Source: Bacteroidaceae bacterium
Lineage (GTDB): Bacteria > Bacteroidota > Bacteroidia > Bacteroidales > Bacteroidaceae
Direction of reading: 5' to 3'
Length of the DNA stretch: 64,000 bases
Assembly (NCBI GenBank): GCA_017530735.1
Contig: JAFXMB010000057.1
Coordinates: 19,275-83,274, forward strand
The position numbers and the translations under genes are program-made. Within the stretch, counting starts at the first letter, position 1. Every line of letters starts with the position of its first letter. Under the pieces are notes generated by a model that had not been told where the DNA came from, searched no databases, and saw only the letters and a program-made list of their open reading frames with translations. Shown piece after piece: positions 29,952 to 38,017 of this stretch.

Positions 29952-30707
29952 ATGGAAAAGAATATAAGCTTCAAACTGAAAATATGGCGCCAGAGAGGTC
30001 CTAAGGAGAAGGGCCAGTTCAAGGTGTATGAAATGAAGGATATCCCCACCGATACCTCATTCCTTGAGATGCTTGACATTCTGAACGAGCAGCTCATCAA
30101 TGCCGGTGAGGAACCCGTGGTATTTGACCACGACTGCCGCGAGGGTATCTGCGGTATGTGCTCACTCTATATTAACGGACATCCGCACGGACCTGCCACA
30201 GGTGCCACCACCTGCCAGCTCTACATGCGCCGTTTCAAGGATGGTGAGACCATCACCGTTGAGCCGTGGCGTTCAGCCGGCTTCCCGGTAATCCGTGACC
30301 TTATGGTTGACCGCAGGGCATATGACAAGATCATGCAGGCCGGTGGTTACGTATCAATCAACACCGGCGGTGTGCCCGATGCCAATGCAATACCTATCTC
30401 CAAGGAGAAGGCCGACCTGGCTATGGACGCAGCATCATGCATCGGTTGCGGTGCCTGCGTAGCAGCCTGCAAGAACGGTTCAGCTATGCTGTTTGTAAGT
30501 GCCAAGGTAAGCCAGCTTGCTCTGCTCCCGCAGGGTCAGGTAGAGGCTGCCCGTCGCGCCAAGGCTATGCTCTCCAAGATGGATGAGCTGGGATTCGGTA
30601 ACTGCACCAACACCCGCGCCTGCGAGGCCGAGTGCCCCAAGTGCATCAGCATCAGCAATATCGCCCGCCTGAACCGCGAGTTTATCGCTGCCAAGCTGAG
30701 CGACTGA
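29952..30707 (+). CDS. sdhB: succinate dehydrogenase/fumarate reductase iron-sulfur subunit
   Basis: Cys clusters [20 protein letters not shown] and CEAECPKC. Confidence 0.95.
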   Translation: MEKNISFKLKIWRQRGPKEKGQFKVYEMKDIPTDTSFLEMLDILNEQLINAGEEPVVFDHDCREGICGMCSLYINGHPHGPATGATTCQLYMRRFKDGETITVEPWRSAGFPVIRDLMVDRRAYDKIMQAGGYVSINTGGVPDANAIPISKEKADLAMDAASCIGCGACVAACKNGSAMLFVSAKVSQLALLPQGQVEAARRAKAMLSKMDELGFGNCTNTRACEAECPKCISISNIARLNREFIAAKLSD

Positions 30708-30729
30708 TTCCATCAGCCACAATAAAAAA

Positions 30730-30756
30730 CGGTCGGAGAAATCCGACCGTTTTTTG
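30730..30756 (+). terminator. intrinsic terminator after sdhB
   Basis: CGGTCGGA (30730-30737), loop GAAA, TCCGACCG (30742-30749), then a T-run. Confidence 0.8.
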
Positions 30757-30777
30757 TATCTGAACGTCAAAAAAAAA

Positions 30778-30999
30778 TCAATATTCGTCCTCGTTAAAGA
30801 AGAAGTCCTCCTTACTGGGATAATCGGGCCAGATGTCCTCTATGCTTTCATAAATATCTCCCTCGTCTTCTATCTCCTGGAGGTTCTCAATTACCTCGAG
30901 CGGGGCTCCTGAACGGACGGCGTAATCAATCAACTCATCCTTGGTTGCGGGCCAGGGTGCATCTTCAAGTTTTGATGCCAGTTCCAATGTCCAATACAT
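30778..30999 (-). CDS. DUF2795-like small acidic protein
   Basis: 73 aa, with WPATKDELIDYAVRSGAPLEVIENL. Confidence 0.55.
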   Translation of the reverse strand: MYWTLELASKLEDAPWPATKDELIDYAVRSGAPLEVIENLQEIEDEGDIYESIEDIWPDYPSKEDFFFNEDEY

Positions 31000-31037
31000 A
31001 GTAAATACGGTGTTTTAAGGTTTACTTATATGGGGTG

Positions 31038-31045
31038 CAAAAGTA
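31038..31045 (-). promoter_or_regulatory. candidate -7 box TACTTTTG for the DUF2795 gene
   Basis: Minus-strand TAnnTTTG, about 39 nt upstream of the ATG at 30999. Confidence 0.4.
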
Positions 31046-31070
31046 TAAAAAATTTAGTTATACAAAAGTT

Positions 31071-31616
31071 CTACCATATATTTTCTGGGGCACCCGCAAA
31101 AAAGTTTATACGGCGTGCCAGAACGAACAGATAATCAGACAGACGGTTAATGTACTGGAGCAGTTCTGAGGGCGCTTTTGCATCATCTGGGAGCGCCAGA
31201 ATAAGGCGTTCTGCGCGGCGGCAGACGGTGCGGGCCACATGGGCGTATGAGGCGGCCTGGGTTCCGCCTGGAAGTATGAAAGAGCGCTGTTCGGGCAGTC
31301 CGTCCGTAAGTGTATCTATCATATGCTCTATGCGCTCTACATCGGGTGCCAGGATCTTGCAGCTGTCTGGCAGTTGGAACGATGTGGTATCGGTGGCCAG
31401 ACAACCGCCGATATTGAACAGTTTCTGCTGAATCCACCGTATGTTTTCAGCACTCTCTGCCTTACCGTCCATGACGGAGAGCATAAGGCCGATGAAAGAG
31501 TTGAGTTCATCAATGGTGCCGTATGCGTCCAGACGCGGGTCTGTTTTGCTTACGCGCTTACCGCCCACCAGACTGGTGGTACCTTTGTCACCTGTACGGG
31601 TATATATCTTGCTCAT
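31071..31616 (-). CDS. ATP:cob(I)alamin adenosyltransferase, PduO type
   Basis: The N-terminus KIYTRTGDKGTTSL is typical of the family; 181 aa. Confidence 0.88.
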   Translation of the reverse strand: MSKIYTRTGDKGTTSLVGGKRVSKTDPRLDAYGTIDELNSFIGLMLSVMDGKAESAENIRWIQQKLFNIGGCLATDTTSFQLPDSCKILAPDVERIEHMIDTLTDGLPEQRSFILPGGTQAASYAHVARTVCRRAERLILALPDDAKAPSELLQYINRLSDYLFVLARRINFFAGAPENIW

Positions 31617-32269
31617 AACACGTAGTGTTGTTTGGTCATCTTAGGGTCAAAGAACAGCAGGCCCAGTTTCTTTAACTGGAATGTCGCTCCCATACGTTCA
31701 TCCTTGATAACCTCACTCCACCACTCCTTTTTCTGCTTCTTGCCCAGATCCTCAACCACAATGACGGTATCGGGTTTGGCATACGGCAGAATCATCTCCA
31801 CAACCTGTTTCCACAACGCAGTGTGGGCTACATGTATGAACTGCGGAATGTTGCCGCTGTCAAGGATATCCTGTACGGTTTCAATGACATCGGCTGCAAT
31901 ATACTCAATATTCGGGATTTTCTTAAGATTACGGCGCACCTCTTTTTCGGCCGGATGCGGAAAGTCAACGGTCACCACCCTGGACTCCTTTGAGACCGAT
32001 GCCAGATAACCGGTGCTTACGCCCGCGCCCGTACCAACTTCAAGAATGAACTTGGGGTTGAAACGGTTCACCAGGCGGAACAGAAGTTCGTCACGGCTCT
32101 GAGGATATTGGGGCAGATACTGCGGGGCCTTCTCCCAGAAAGGATAGAGGTCCTCATATGCATAGTACGGATGGCGCTCGTTTATGACGTTCTCAATCAG
32201 GTCATATGCCCACGGAGAATGTACTCCGAATCCGCGTCCTGTAAGCCAGCGGTTGTCAGTGAGTTTCAT
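31613..32269 (-). CDS. class I SAM-dependent methyltransferase
   Basis: Motif I ILEVGTGAGVSTGYLA. The start is set at the ATG at 32269 (MKLTDNRW...), just after the upstream gene's stop at 32271. The stop overlaps the next gene's start (TCAT). Confidence 0.6.
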   Translation of the reverse strand: MKLTDNRWLTGRGFGVHSPWAYDLIENVINERHPYYAYEDLYPFWEKAPQYLPQYPQSRDELLFRLVNRFNPKFILEVGTGAGVSTGYLASVSKESRVVTVDFPHPAEKEVRRNLKKIPNIEYIAADVIETVQDILDSGNIPQFIHVAHTALWKQVVEMILPYAKPDTVIVVEDLGKKQKKEWWSEVIKDERMGATFQLKKLGLLFFDPKMTKQHYVL

Positions 32270-32270
32270 A

Positions 32271-33020
32271 TTACTTAAGTACGGCTTTGATTGATGTTCC
32301 GGCTCCCAGTATGATGTCCAACTGTACCGGAGTATGTTTTGAGTCATTGGTGACGTAGGCCTTTACGGTCTCACGCTCCTTACCCTCCTTGTAGTCCCTA
32401 ATGGATATTACCATACAGTCATAAGTGCGGCCGTTATCGGCTTTTACCTTCTTGTTGCCTGTATAGACCAGATATTGCTCCACCACCATGTTACCGTTTA
32501 CCATGGGCAGTGACTCGGTACGGCCGGGCTCGCTGTCAGAGGTGTCTATCTTCTGGGTGAAGGCAATCATGCTCATGAGGTCAAAGATGCGGGTGGGGCG
32601 CCACTCGGTGGAACGGCTTGTACGCTTTCCGGTATTCATGTCCCAGGTTTCCAGGTTGACTATGTACTTGTCGCGGTCCATTGAGAACTGTGCGGTCTCA
32701 CGGTTGTGCTTGCCGCCCTCGTTGACCTTCTTGATGAAGTAGATGCTCTCTCCATTCTTAGTATTGAAAGACTCGATTGTGTCGCGAAGACAGAACACTT
32801 TGTCGGCTGTACTGTTAGTGCTCATCTCCATGGCGGTCCTTACGGCTGCACGGCCCTCATATATGACCTCAGTGTCATACAGACGTGCAGTTCCGGCCTT
32901 CATCTTTATGGGGCCGATGCCAAGGTATAGGTTGAATCTGTAATCAGATGCGCTGGCGTGCAGGGCTCCCAACAGAAGGAGAGCGGTTAATGATAATCTG
33001 AAAAATCTGACGCCAACCAT
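32271..33020 (-). CDS. secreted DUF3108-like protein
   Basis: I trimmed the start to the ATG at 33020 (MVGVRFFRLSLTALLLLGALHASA, a signal peptide), because the longer track ORF runs through the tRNA gene. The family call is by resemblance only. Confidence 0.5.
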   Translation of the reverse strand: MVGVRFFRLSLTALLLLGALHASASDYRFNLYLGIGPIKMKAGTARLYDTEVIYEGRAAVRTAMEMSTNSTADKVFCLRDTIESFNTKNGESIYFIKKVNEGGKHNRETAQFSMDRDKYIVNLETWDMNTGKRTSRSTEWRPTRIFDLMSMIAFTQKIDTSDSEPGRTESLPMVNGNMVVEQYLVYTGNKKVKADNGRTYDCMVISIRDYKEGKERETVKAYVTNDSKHTPVQLDIILGAGTSIKAVLK

Positions 33021-33054
33021 TTCAACGAAGGTTTTTGCTGTGTCCTTAAAGGAG

Positions 33055-33139
33055 TGCTCGAAGCGGGACTCGAACCCGCACAGCCGATAAAGGCCAAGGG
33101 ATTTTAAGTCCCTCGTGTCTACCATTCCACCATTCGAGC
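33055..33139 (-). tRNA. tRNA-Leu (anticodon TAA), class II with a long variable arm; CCA not encoded
   Basis: The minus strand reads GCTCGAA TG GTGGAATGGTAGACAC G AGGGA CTTAAAA TCCCT TGGCCTTTATCGGCTGT GCGGG TTCGAGT CCCGC TTCGAGC A. The acceptor stem is a perfect 7 bp, the T-loop is TTCGAGT, and the anticodon loop is C-T-TAA-A-A. Confidence 0.93.
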
Positions 33140-33152
33140 GTTGATAGCGCTG

Positions 33153-33160
33153 CAAAAGTA
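33153..33160 (-). promoter_or_regulatory. candidate -7 box TACTTTTG for tRNA-Leu
   Basis: Minus-strand TAnnTTTG ending 13 nt upstream of the mature tRNA 5' end. Confidence 0.5.
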
Positions 33161-33233
33161 CGTGGTTTTGAGGGATTAGCCAAAAAAATGGGAAAAATAA
33201 GGAGGGTAAATTTTAACAAGTAATAAAATATAT

Positions 33234-33241
33234 TACATTTG
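33234..33241 (+). promoter_or_regulatory. candidate -7 box TACATTTG for the carboxylesterase gene
   Basis: Matches TAnnTTTG, 57 nt upstream of the ATG at 33299. Confidence 0.4.
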
Positions 33242-33298
33242 TGAGTCGCAAAACTCTTAAGGGACTTATCATTAACTCAAACCAATACAACAATCATT

Positions 33299-34867
33299 AT
33301 GAAGAAGCTTTTGTTTTTTGCCGGCATTCTGACTCTTTTGGCCAGTTGCCAGTGCGGCAAAGAGAAACTCAGTCCGGTACTGAGCATTGAGGGCGGTCAG
33401 GTACAGGGTGTTACCGTAGATCGCGTAAAGGACGTATTCGTATTCCGCGGCATTCCTTATGCTGCTCCTCCTATTCGTGAGAACCGTTGGAAGGCTCCTC
33501 AGCCCGTAATTCCATGGGAGGGCGTTAAGCTTTGCAACCGTTTTGAGCATCCTAGTTATCAGCACATCCAGTTCAGAGGTGGCTACTATACAGAGTGGGG
33601 TTACGGTGATGAGGCTCCCTTCAGTGAGGATTGCCTTTACCTGAATGTATGGACCAAGAAGCCGGGTGATGTCAATGCCAAACTTCCGGTTGCCCTGTGG
33701 ATTCACGGTGGCGGTTACCGCGAGGGTTGGGGTTCAGAGCCCGAGTTTGATGCTCAGGAGTGGGCCGGCAAGGACGTGGTTATAGTATCTATCAACTATC
33801 GTCTGGGCGTATTCGGTTTCCTGACACACCCCGAGCTCTCAGCTGAGAACGAGCACGGAGTATCAGGTAACTACGGTATCCTGGATCAGATTGAGTCACT
33901 CAAGTGGATTAAGAAGAACATTGCCGAGTTTGGCGGTGATCCCGACAACGTAATGATATTCGGCCAGTCAGCAGGTGGCGGTAGCGTACGTACACTGTGC
34001 GAGTCTCCTCTGGCACGCGGCCTGTTCAACAAGGCTATCATCATGAGCGCCGGCGGTCTGACCGTTCCTAACGCAAATGCTGGCGGCATGCGCGGCGGTA
34101 TGGGCGGCATGCGTATGGGTGGATTCCCCGGCTTTGGCGGTATGGGCGGTAACAACAACACTCCCAAGCTGGCTGCTTACAAGGCTCCCCAGGCTCCCGA
34201 GGGTCTGAACGCTCTGCAGCGCGCTGAGTTCAACACCAAGGTTATCATGGACTGGGCAGGTTACAACACCATCCAGAAGATGCGTTCAGCCGATACTGAG
34301 GTTATCCATTCAGTTGCTACCATCTACAGCAACGCTACCGGTAACCAGGGCAGCATAACTGGTCAGCCTATCGTGGACGGTTATGTTTCACTTGAGAGTT
34401 TTGATCAGGCTGCTCTTGACGGCACACTGGCCGATGTTCCTTACATGATAGGTTATACACTGAATGATATGGGCAACATGTCAGCAGGTATCGCAGAGTT
34501 CTGCAAGAACCGTGAGGAGAAGGGCAACAAGGCTTGGGCTTATGAGTTTGCACGTCCTCTTCCCGGTGAGAATCCTGAGGTAGGTCAGAGACTGCGTGGC
34601 GCTTTCCACTCATCAGACCTCTGGTTCGTATTCAAGTCACTGCAGCACTGCTGGAGACCTTGGACAAAGGGTGACTGGGATCTGTCAGAGAAGATGCTTA
34701 CCGCTTGGACCAACTTCTGCAAGTACGGTGACCCCAACGGTCCCGAAGGCGGCGAGTGGGCTCCCTGCACCAAGGATAATCCCAACTTCATGGTATTCAA
34801 GCTTGACGAGAACGATGTAGAGAACTCAGAGTTCACTCAGCCTATCACCAAGCTTCCTTGGGAGTAA
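33299..34867 (+). CDS. type B carboxylesterase/lipase family lipoprotein
   Basis: Lipobox LLASCQ. Motifs FRGIPYAAPP, EDCLYLNVW, WIHGGGY and nucleophile elbow FGQSAGG. It contains an unusual Gly/Met-rich insert. Confidence 0.88.
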   Translation: MKKLLFFAGILTLLASCQCGKEKLSPVLSIEGGQVQGVTVDRVKDVFVFRGIPYAAPPIRENRWKAPQPVIPWEGVKLCNRFEHPSYQHIQFRGGYYTEWGYGDEAPFSEDCLYLNVWTKKPGDVNAKLPVALWIHGGGYREGWGSEPEFDAQEWAGKDVVIVSINYRLGVFGFLTHPELSAENEHGVSGNYGILDQIESLKWIKKNIAEFGGDPDNVMIFGQSAGGGSVRTLCESPLARGLFNKAIIMSAGGLTVPNANAGGMRGGMGGMRMGGFPGFGGMGGNNNTPKLAAYKAPQAPEGLNALQRAEFNTKVIMDWAGYNTIQKMRSADTEVIHSVATIYSNATGNQGSITGQPIVDGYVSLESFDQAALDGTLADVPYMIGYTLNDMGNMSAGIAEFCKNREEKGNKAWAYEFARPLPGENPEVGQRLRGAFHSSDLWFVFKSLQHCWRPWTKGDWDLSEKMLTAWTNFCKYGDPNGPEGGEWAPCTKDNPNFMVFKLDENDVENSEFTQPITKLPWE

Positions 34868-34884
34868 TCTTCCGATGAAAAGAT

Positions 34885-34918
34885 AAAAAATGCCGGCCCG
34901 ACGGGTCGGCATTTTTTT
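34885..34918. terminator. bidirectional intrinsic terminator
   Basis: AAAAAA-ATGCCGGC...GTCGGCAT-TTTTTTT, an 8-bp stem with one G-T pair, between convergent genes. Confidence 0.75.
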
Positions 34919-34936
34919 ATGTATCAGTAACGGGTG

Positions 34937-35449
34937 TCAGTTTGAAACCTTGAATACGCCGTTTATGTAACTGGTCGGGTACCGGTACAAAGGGCGGCGT
35001 TCCTTTCCGTCGGTATTGATGCATGTACCGTCTGTATTCAGGTCCCACTGTCCTCCGCATTTGGAGCAGGTGGCGGAACCCTTGAAACTGACCTTGAGGG
35101 TTGTTTTGCTCTCATCACATTCAGGACAAGCCAGGTCATAGGCCCTGATGTCATTGTCAAATACAGGGGTTCCAATAATCAGTCCGCCCAAACCGAGCAT
35201 GAACATCCTGTTGTTGTTGTCAGACATAGGCTCCTTTCTGGTTTCGCCGTCACAGTCAGTCAGAATGAGCAGTCCGTTGTTCTTCTTTACGGACAGAAAC
35301 CTTCCGGGTGTGAGTACCTGGTTATAAGGCGATATGTCTGTCTCACAACTGAAATAGACCTTGTACTTGGTACAGAACCTGTTGTAACTGTCCTTCTGGC
35401 ACGATGCTGCCAAAAGAAGCAAAGAGATCAGAAATAAGCCCCTTTTCAT
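34937..35449 (-). CDS. lipoprotein with a Rieske-like fold signature carrying four Cys
   Basis: The start is set at the ATG at 35449 (MKRGLFLISLLLLAASCQ); the track start at 35461 is a GTG. The segment CPEC-x17-CSKCGGQWDL resembles the Rieske CxH...CxxHGxxFDL, with Cys where His would be. Confidence 0.5.
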   Translation of the reverse strand: MKRGLFLISLLLLAASCQKDSYNRFCTKYKVYFSCETDISPYNQVLTPGRFLSVKKNNGLLILTDCDGETRKEPMSDNNNRMFMLGLGGLIIGTPVFDNDIRAYDLACPECDESKTTLKVSFKGSATCSKCGGQWDLNTDGTCINTDGKERRPLYRYPTSYINGVFKVSN

Positions 35450-35457
35450 CGGGATTT

Positions 35458-36795
35458 TCACTTTGAAGTCAGTTTATTGACAGCCTTGTCTATTTCACTG
35501 AACGGGAAACCCGAAACCAGAGATTCCATACGGGCTGCGATACGGTCATTGCAAAGGTTGCCTATGCTGCCCTCATGGGTGTGATGTATGTTACGGTCGG
35601 CCTTGAAAGTGCCGTTCTCAATCTCGGCACCCACCTTGCGGTAAGCCTCACGGAAAGGCATACCCTCGCGGGCCAGACGGTTAACCTCCTCAACGCTGAA
35701 AATGGCATCATACTTGGGATCTGAAAGGATGTCCTCACGAACCTTTATGTGATCCAGCATGTAGGCGGTCATGGTGATGACCTCCTCAAGTTCCTGGAAC
35801 GCAGGCAGGAACACCTCCTTTACCAACTGCATGTCGCGGAAGTAGCCGCTGGGCAGGTTGTTTGTCATCAGGGTAATCTCCTGCGGTATGGCCTGAAGGC
35901 GGTTGCACTTGGCGCGGGTGAGTTCAAACACATCCGGGTTCTTCTTATGCGGCATGATGCTGGAGCCCGTGGTGCAGTCATCGGGCAACTTGATGAACCC
36001 GAAATTCTGGCTGTTGTACATGCAGGCGTCAAATGCCAGACGGCTTATTGTGGCTGCAACCGATGCAAGAGCATATGCTACGTTACGCTCCATCTTGCCG
36101 CGTGTCATCTGGGCGTAAACCACATTATAGTTCATTGACTCAAAACCCAGAAGGTCTGTAGTCATCTGACGTTTCAGGGGGAATGATGAGCCGTAGCCGG
36201 CTGCAGAACCCAGGGGGTTGCGGTTGGCCTGGTCAAAAGCTGCGCGCAGCAGGAGCATGTCATCGGTCAGGGCCTCGGCGTAAGCGCCGAACCACAGTCC
36301 GAATGATGACGGCATTGCTATCTGAAGGTGGGTGTAACCGGGCAGCAGCACATCCTTGTACCGGTTGCTCTGCTTGATAAGAATGTCAAACAGGCTCTTT
36401 ACGGAATTGACTATGCCGCGCAGACGGTCACGGGTAAACAGTTTCAGGTCAACCAGCACCTGGTCGTTGCGTGAACGGCCGCTGTGGATCTTCTTGCCCA
36501 TGTCGCCGAGTTGGCGGGTGAGCATGAGTTCAACCTGTGAGTGGACATCCTCCACTCCGTCCTCAATGACAAACTCTCCGCGTTCTATTACGGGCAGCAG
36601 ATCTTTCAGACCGGCTGACAGAGCCTTGAGTTCATCGGGTTCCAGAAGACCGATGGATTGGAGCATTGTGATATGTGCCAATGATCCCTGCACGTCATAC
36701 TTGGCCAGCATGAGGTCCATCTCGCGGTCACGTCCTACGGTGTACTTCTGAATAAGTTCGTTTACGGGTTTACCCTTGTCCCAGATAGGTTTCAT
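35458..36795 (-). CDS. argH: argininosuccinate lyase
   Basis: Fumarate-lyase signature GSSIMPHKKNPD; 445 aa. Confidence 0.95.
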   Translation of the reverse strand: MKPIWDKGKPVNELIQKYTVGRDREMDLMLAKYDVQGSLAHITMLQSIGLLEPDELKALSAGLKDLLPVIERGEFVIEDGVEDVHSQVELMLTRQLGDMGKKIHSGRSRNDQVLVDLKLFTRDRLRGIVNSVKSLFDILIKQSNRYKDVLLPGYTHLQIAMPSSFGLWFGAYAEALTDDMLLLRAAFDQANRNPLGSAAGYGSSFPLKRQMTTDLLGFESMNYNVVYAQMTRGKMERNVAYALASVAATISRLAFDACMYNSQNFGFIKLPDDCTTGSSIMPHKKNPDVFELTRAKCNRLQAIPQEITLMTNNLPSGYFRDMQLVKEVFLPAFQELEEVITMTAYMLDHIKVREDILSDPKYDAIFSVEEVNRLAREGMPFREAYRKVGAEIENGTFKADRNIHHTHEGSIGNLCNDRIAARMESLVSGFPFSEIDKAVNKLTSK

Positions 36796-36805
36796 AACAG
36801 GTGAT

Positions 36806-37231
36806 TTAATACGGTAACGTTGACAGCAGGTCGGCCAGTTTCTCTACGGCTTCGGTAAGAGGTTTCTCTACCATCTTGGCCATGAACATGTTCAGGTCGG
36901 CGTCAACTGTCAGTTTTATCTTACAGCCGGATTCTCCGGTGGATACTATCTGAATCCAGAAAGTGAGCGCAATGGGTGAGCGCTGTGTCTCCATCTTGAC
37001 ACATTTGAACGGGTCGCGGGCTACGACACGGAGTTCAACGGTTCCTATGGGTGAAACGGTTGTGCTTACCTTATCGGCGGTGCATTCCAGATTCTCCAGA
37101 TTGATGTTCTTTTTCTGGTCCTCGGGGATGCGGTCCACCAGACTGCGCAGATTACTCAGGTCAGATACTTTTGTATAGACCTGTTCCTGAGAATAGGGAA
37201 TGTGCTTAACGCTGCTTTCTATCCTTTTCAT
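36806..37231 (-). CDS. SRPBCC (START/CoxG-like) family protein
   Basis: 141 aa; the call rests on overall resemblance only. Confidence 0.45.
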   Translation of the reverse strand: MKRIESSVKHIPYSQEQVYTKVSDLSNLRSLVDRIPEDQKKNINLENLECTADKVSTTVSPIGTVELRVVARDPFKCVKMETQRSPIALTFWIQIVSTGESGCKIKLTVDADLNMFMAKMVEKPLTEAVEKLADLLSTLPY

Positions 37232-37235
37232 CGTC

Positions 37236-37868
37236 TTATTTACCCCATTCGGACGGATTCTGCCGCCATTCGTTAAGTGTCTGCAGATGCTCTACCTTGA
37301 TGTAACCTGAGGTTACTGCCGTCTCCAGCATAGCGGGGTAGTCAGTAAGGGTTGAGAGTTTTACTCCGGCCTTCTGGAATGCCTCCTCGGCTACGGGGAA
37401 ACCGTAGGTGAATGAGGCAACCATGCCTACAACCTCACAGCCTGCATTACGGATTGCCTCGACTGCCTTGAGACTGCTCAGACCGGTTGATACCAGATCC
37501 TCAACAACCATTACGCGGCTGCCGGGCTCCAGATAACCCTCAATCAGGTTGGCCAGTCCGTGATCCTTTGGAGCAGAACGTACATATACGAAAGGCTTGC
37601 CCATGCGGTCGGCAACAAGTGCACCCTGTGCGATGGCGCCTGTAGCCACACCTGCTATAACGTCGAAATCAGGGAAGTCGCGGGTTATCACGTTGCAGAG
37701 AGAGTCACGTACCAGAGTTCTCACTTCCGGGAAAGAAAGTGCTTTGCGGTTATCACAGTAGAATGGCGAATGCCATCCTGAAGCCCATGTGAAGGGTGCA
37801 TCAGGCTGTACCTTGACGGCTTCAATGCGCAGCAGCTCGCGGGCTACCTGAGTCTTGATGTTGTCCAT
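37236..37868 (-). CDS. pyrE: orotate phosphoribosyltransferase
   Basis: PRPP motif VMVVEDLVSTGLSS. The start is set at the ATG at 37868 (MDNIKTQVAREL...). Confidence 0.9.
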   Translation of the reverse strand: MDNIKTQVARELLRIEAVKVQPDAPFTWASGWHSPFYCDNRKALSFPEVRTLVRDSLCNVITRDFPDFDVIAGVATGAIAQGALVADRMGKPFVYVRSAPKDHGLANLIEGYLEPGSRVMVVEDLVSTGLSSLKAVEAIRNAGCEVVGMVASFTYGFPVAEEAFQKAGVKLSTLTDYPAMLETAVTSGYIKVEHLQTLNEWRQNPSEWGK

Positions 37869-37982
37869 AATATGTTGTTTGTTTTGAGATTTCTGAGCCG
37901 CGAAGTTACTAAATAATGGCCGATATGCCCAATCTTTAATATAAAACAACATTATTACACACGCCCCTAAGGATTTTGTTCT

Positions 37983-37990
37983 TAAATTTG
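37983..37990 (+). promoter_or_regulatory. candidate -7 box TAAATTTG
   Basis: Matches TAnnTTTG, 27 nt upstream of the ATG at 38018. Confidence 0.4.
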
Positions 37991-38017
37991 CGCGGTAAAA
38001 ATTATTTAAGATAGACG

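Noticed and set aside
33021-33155. A longer form of the DUF3108-like ORF (track start at 33155).
   Set aside because: The extension runs through the tRNA-Leu gene. The internal ATG at 33020 is followed by a clear signal peptide.
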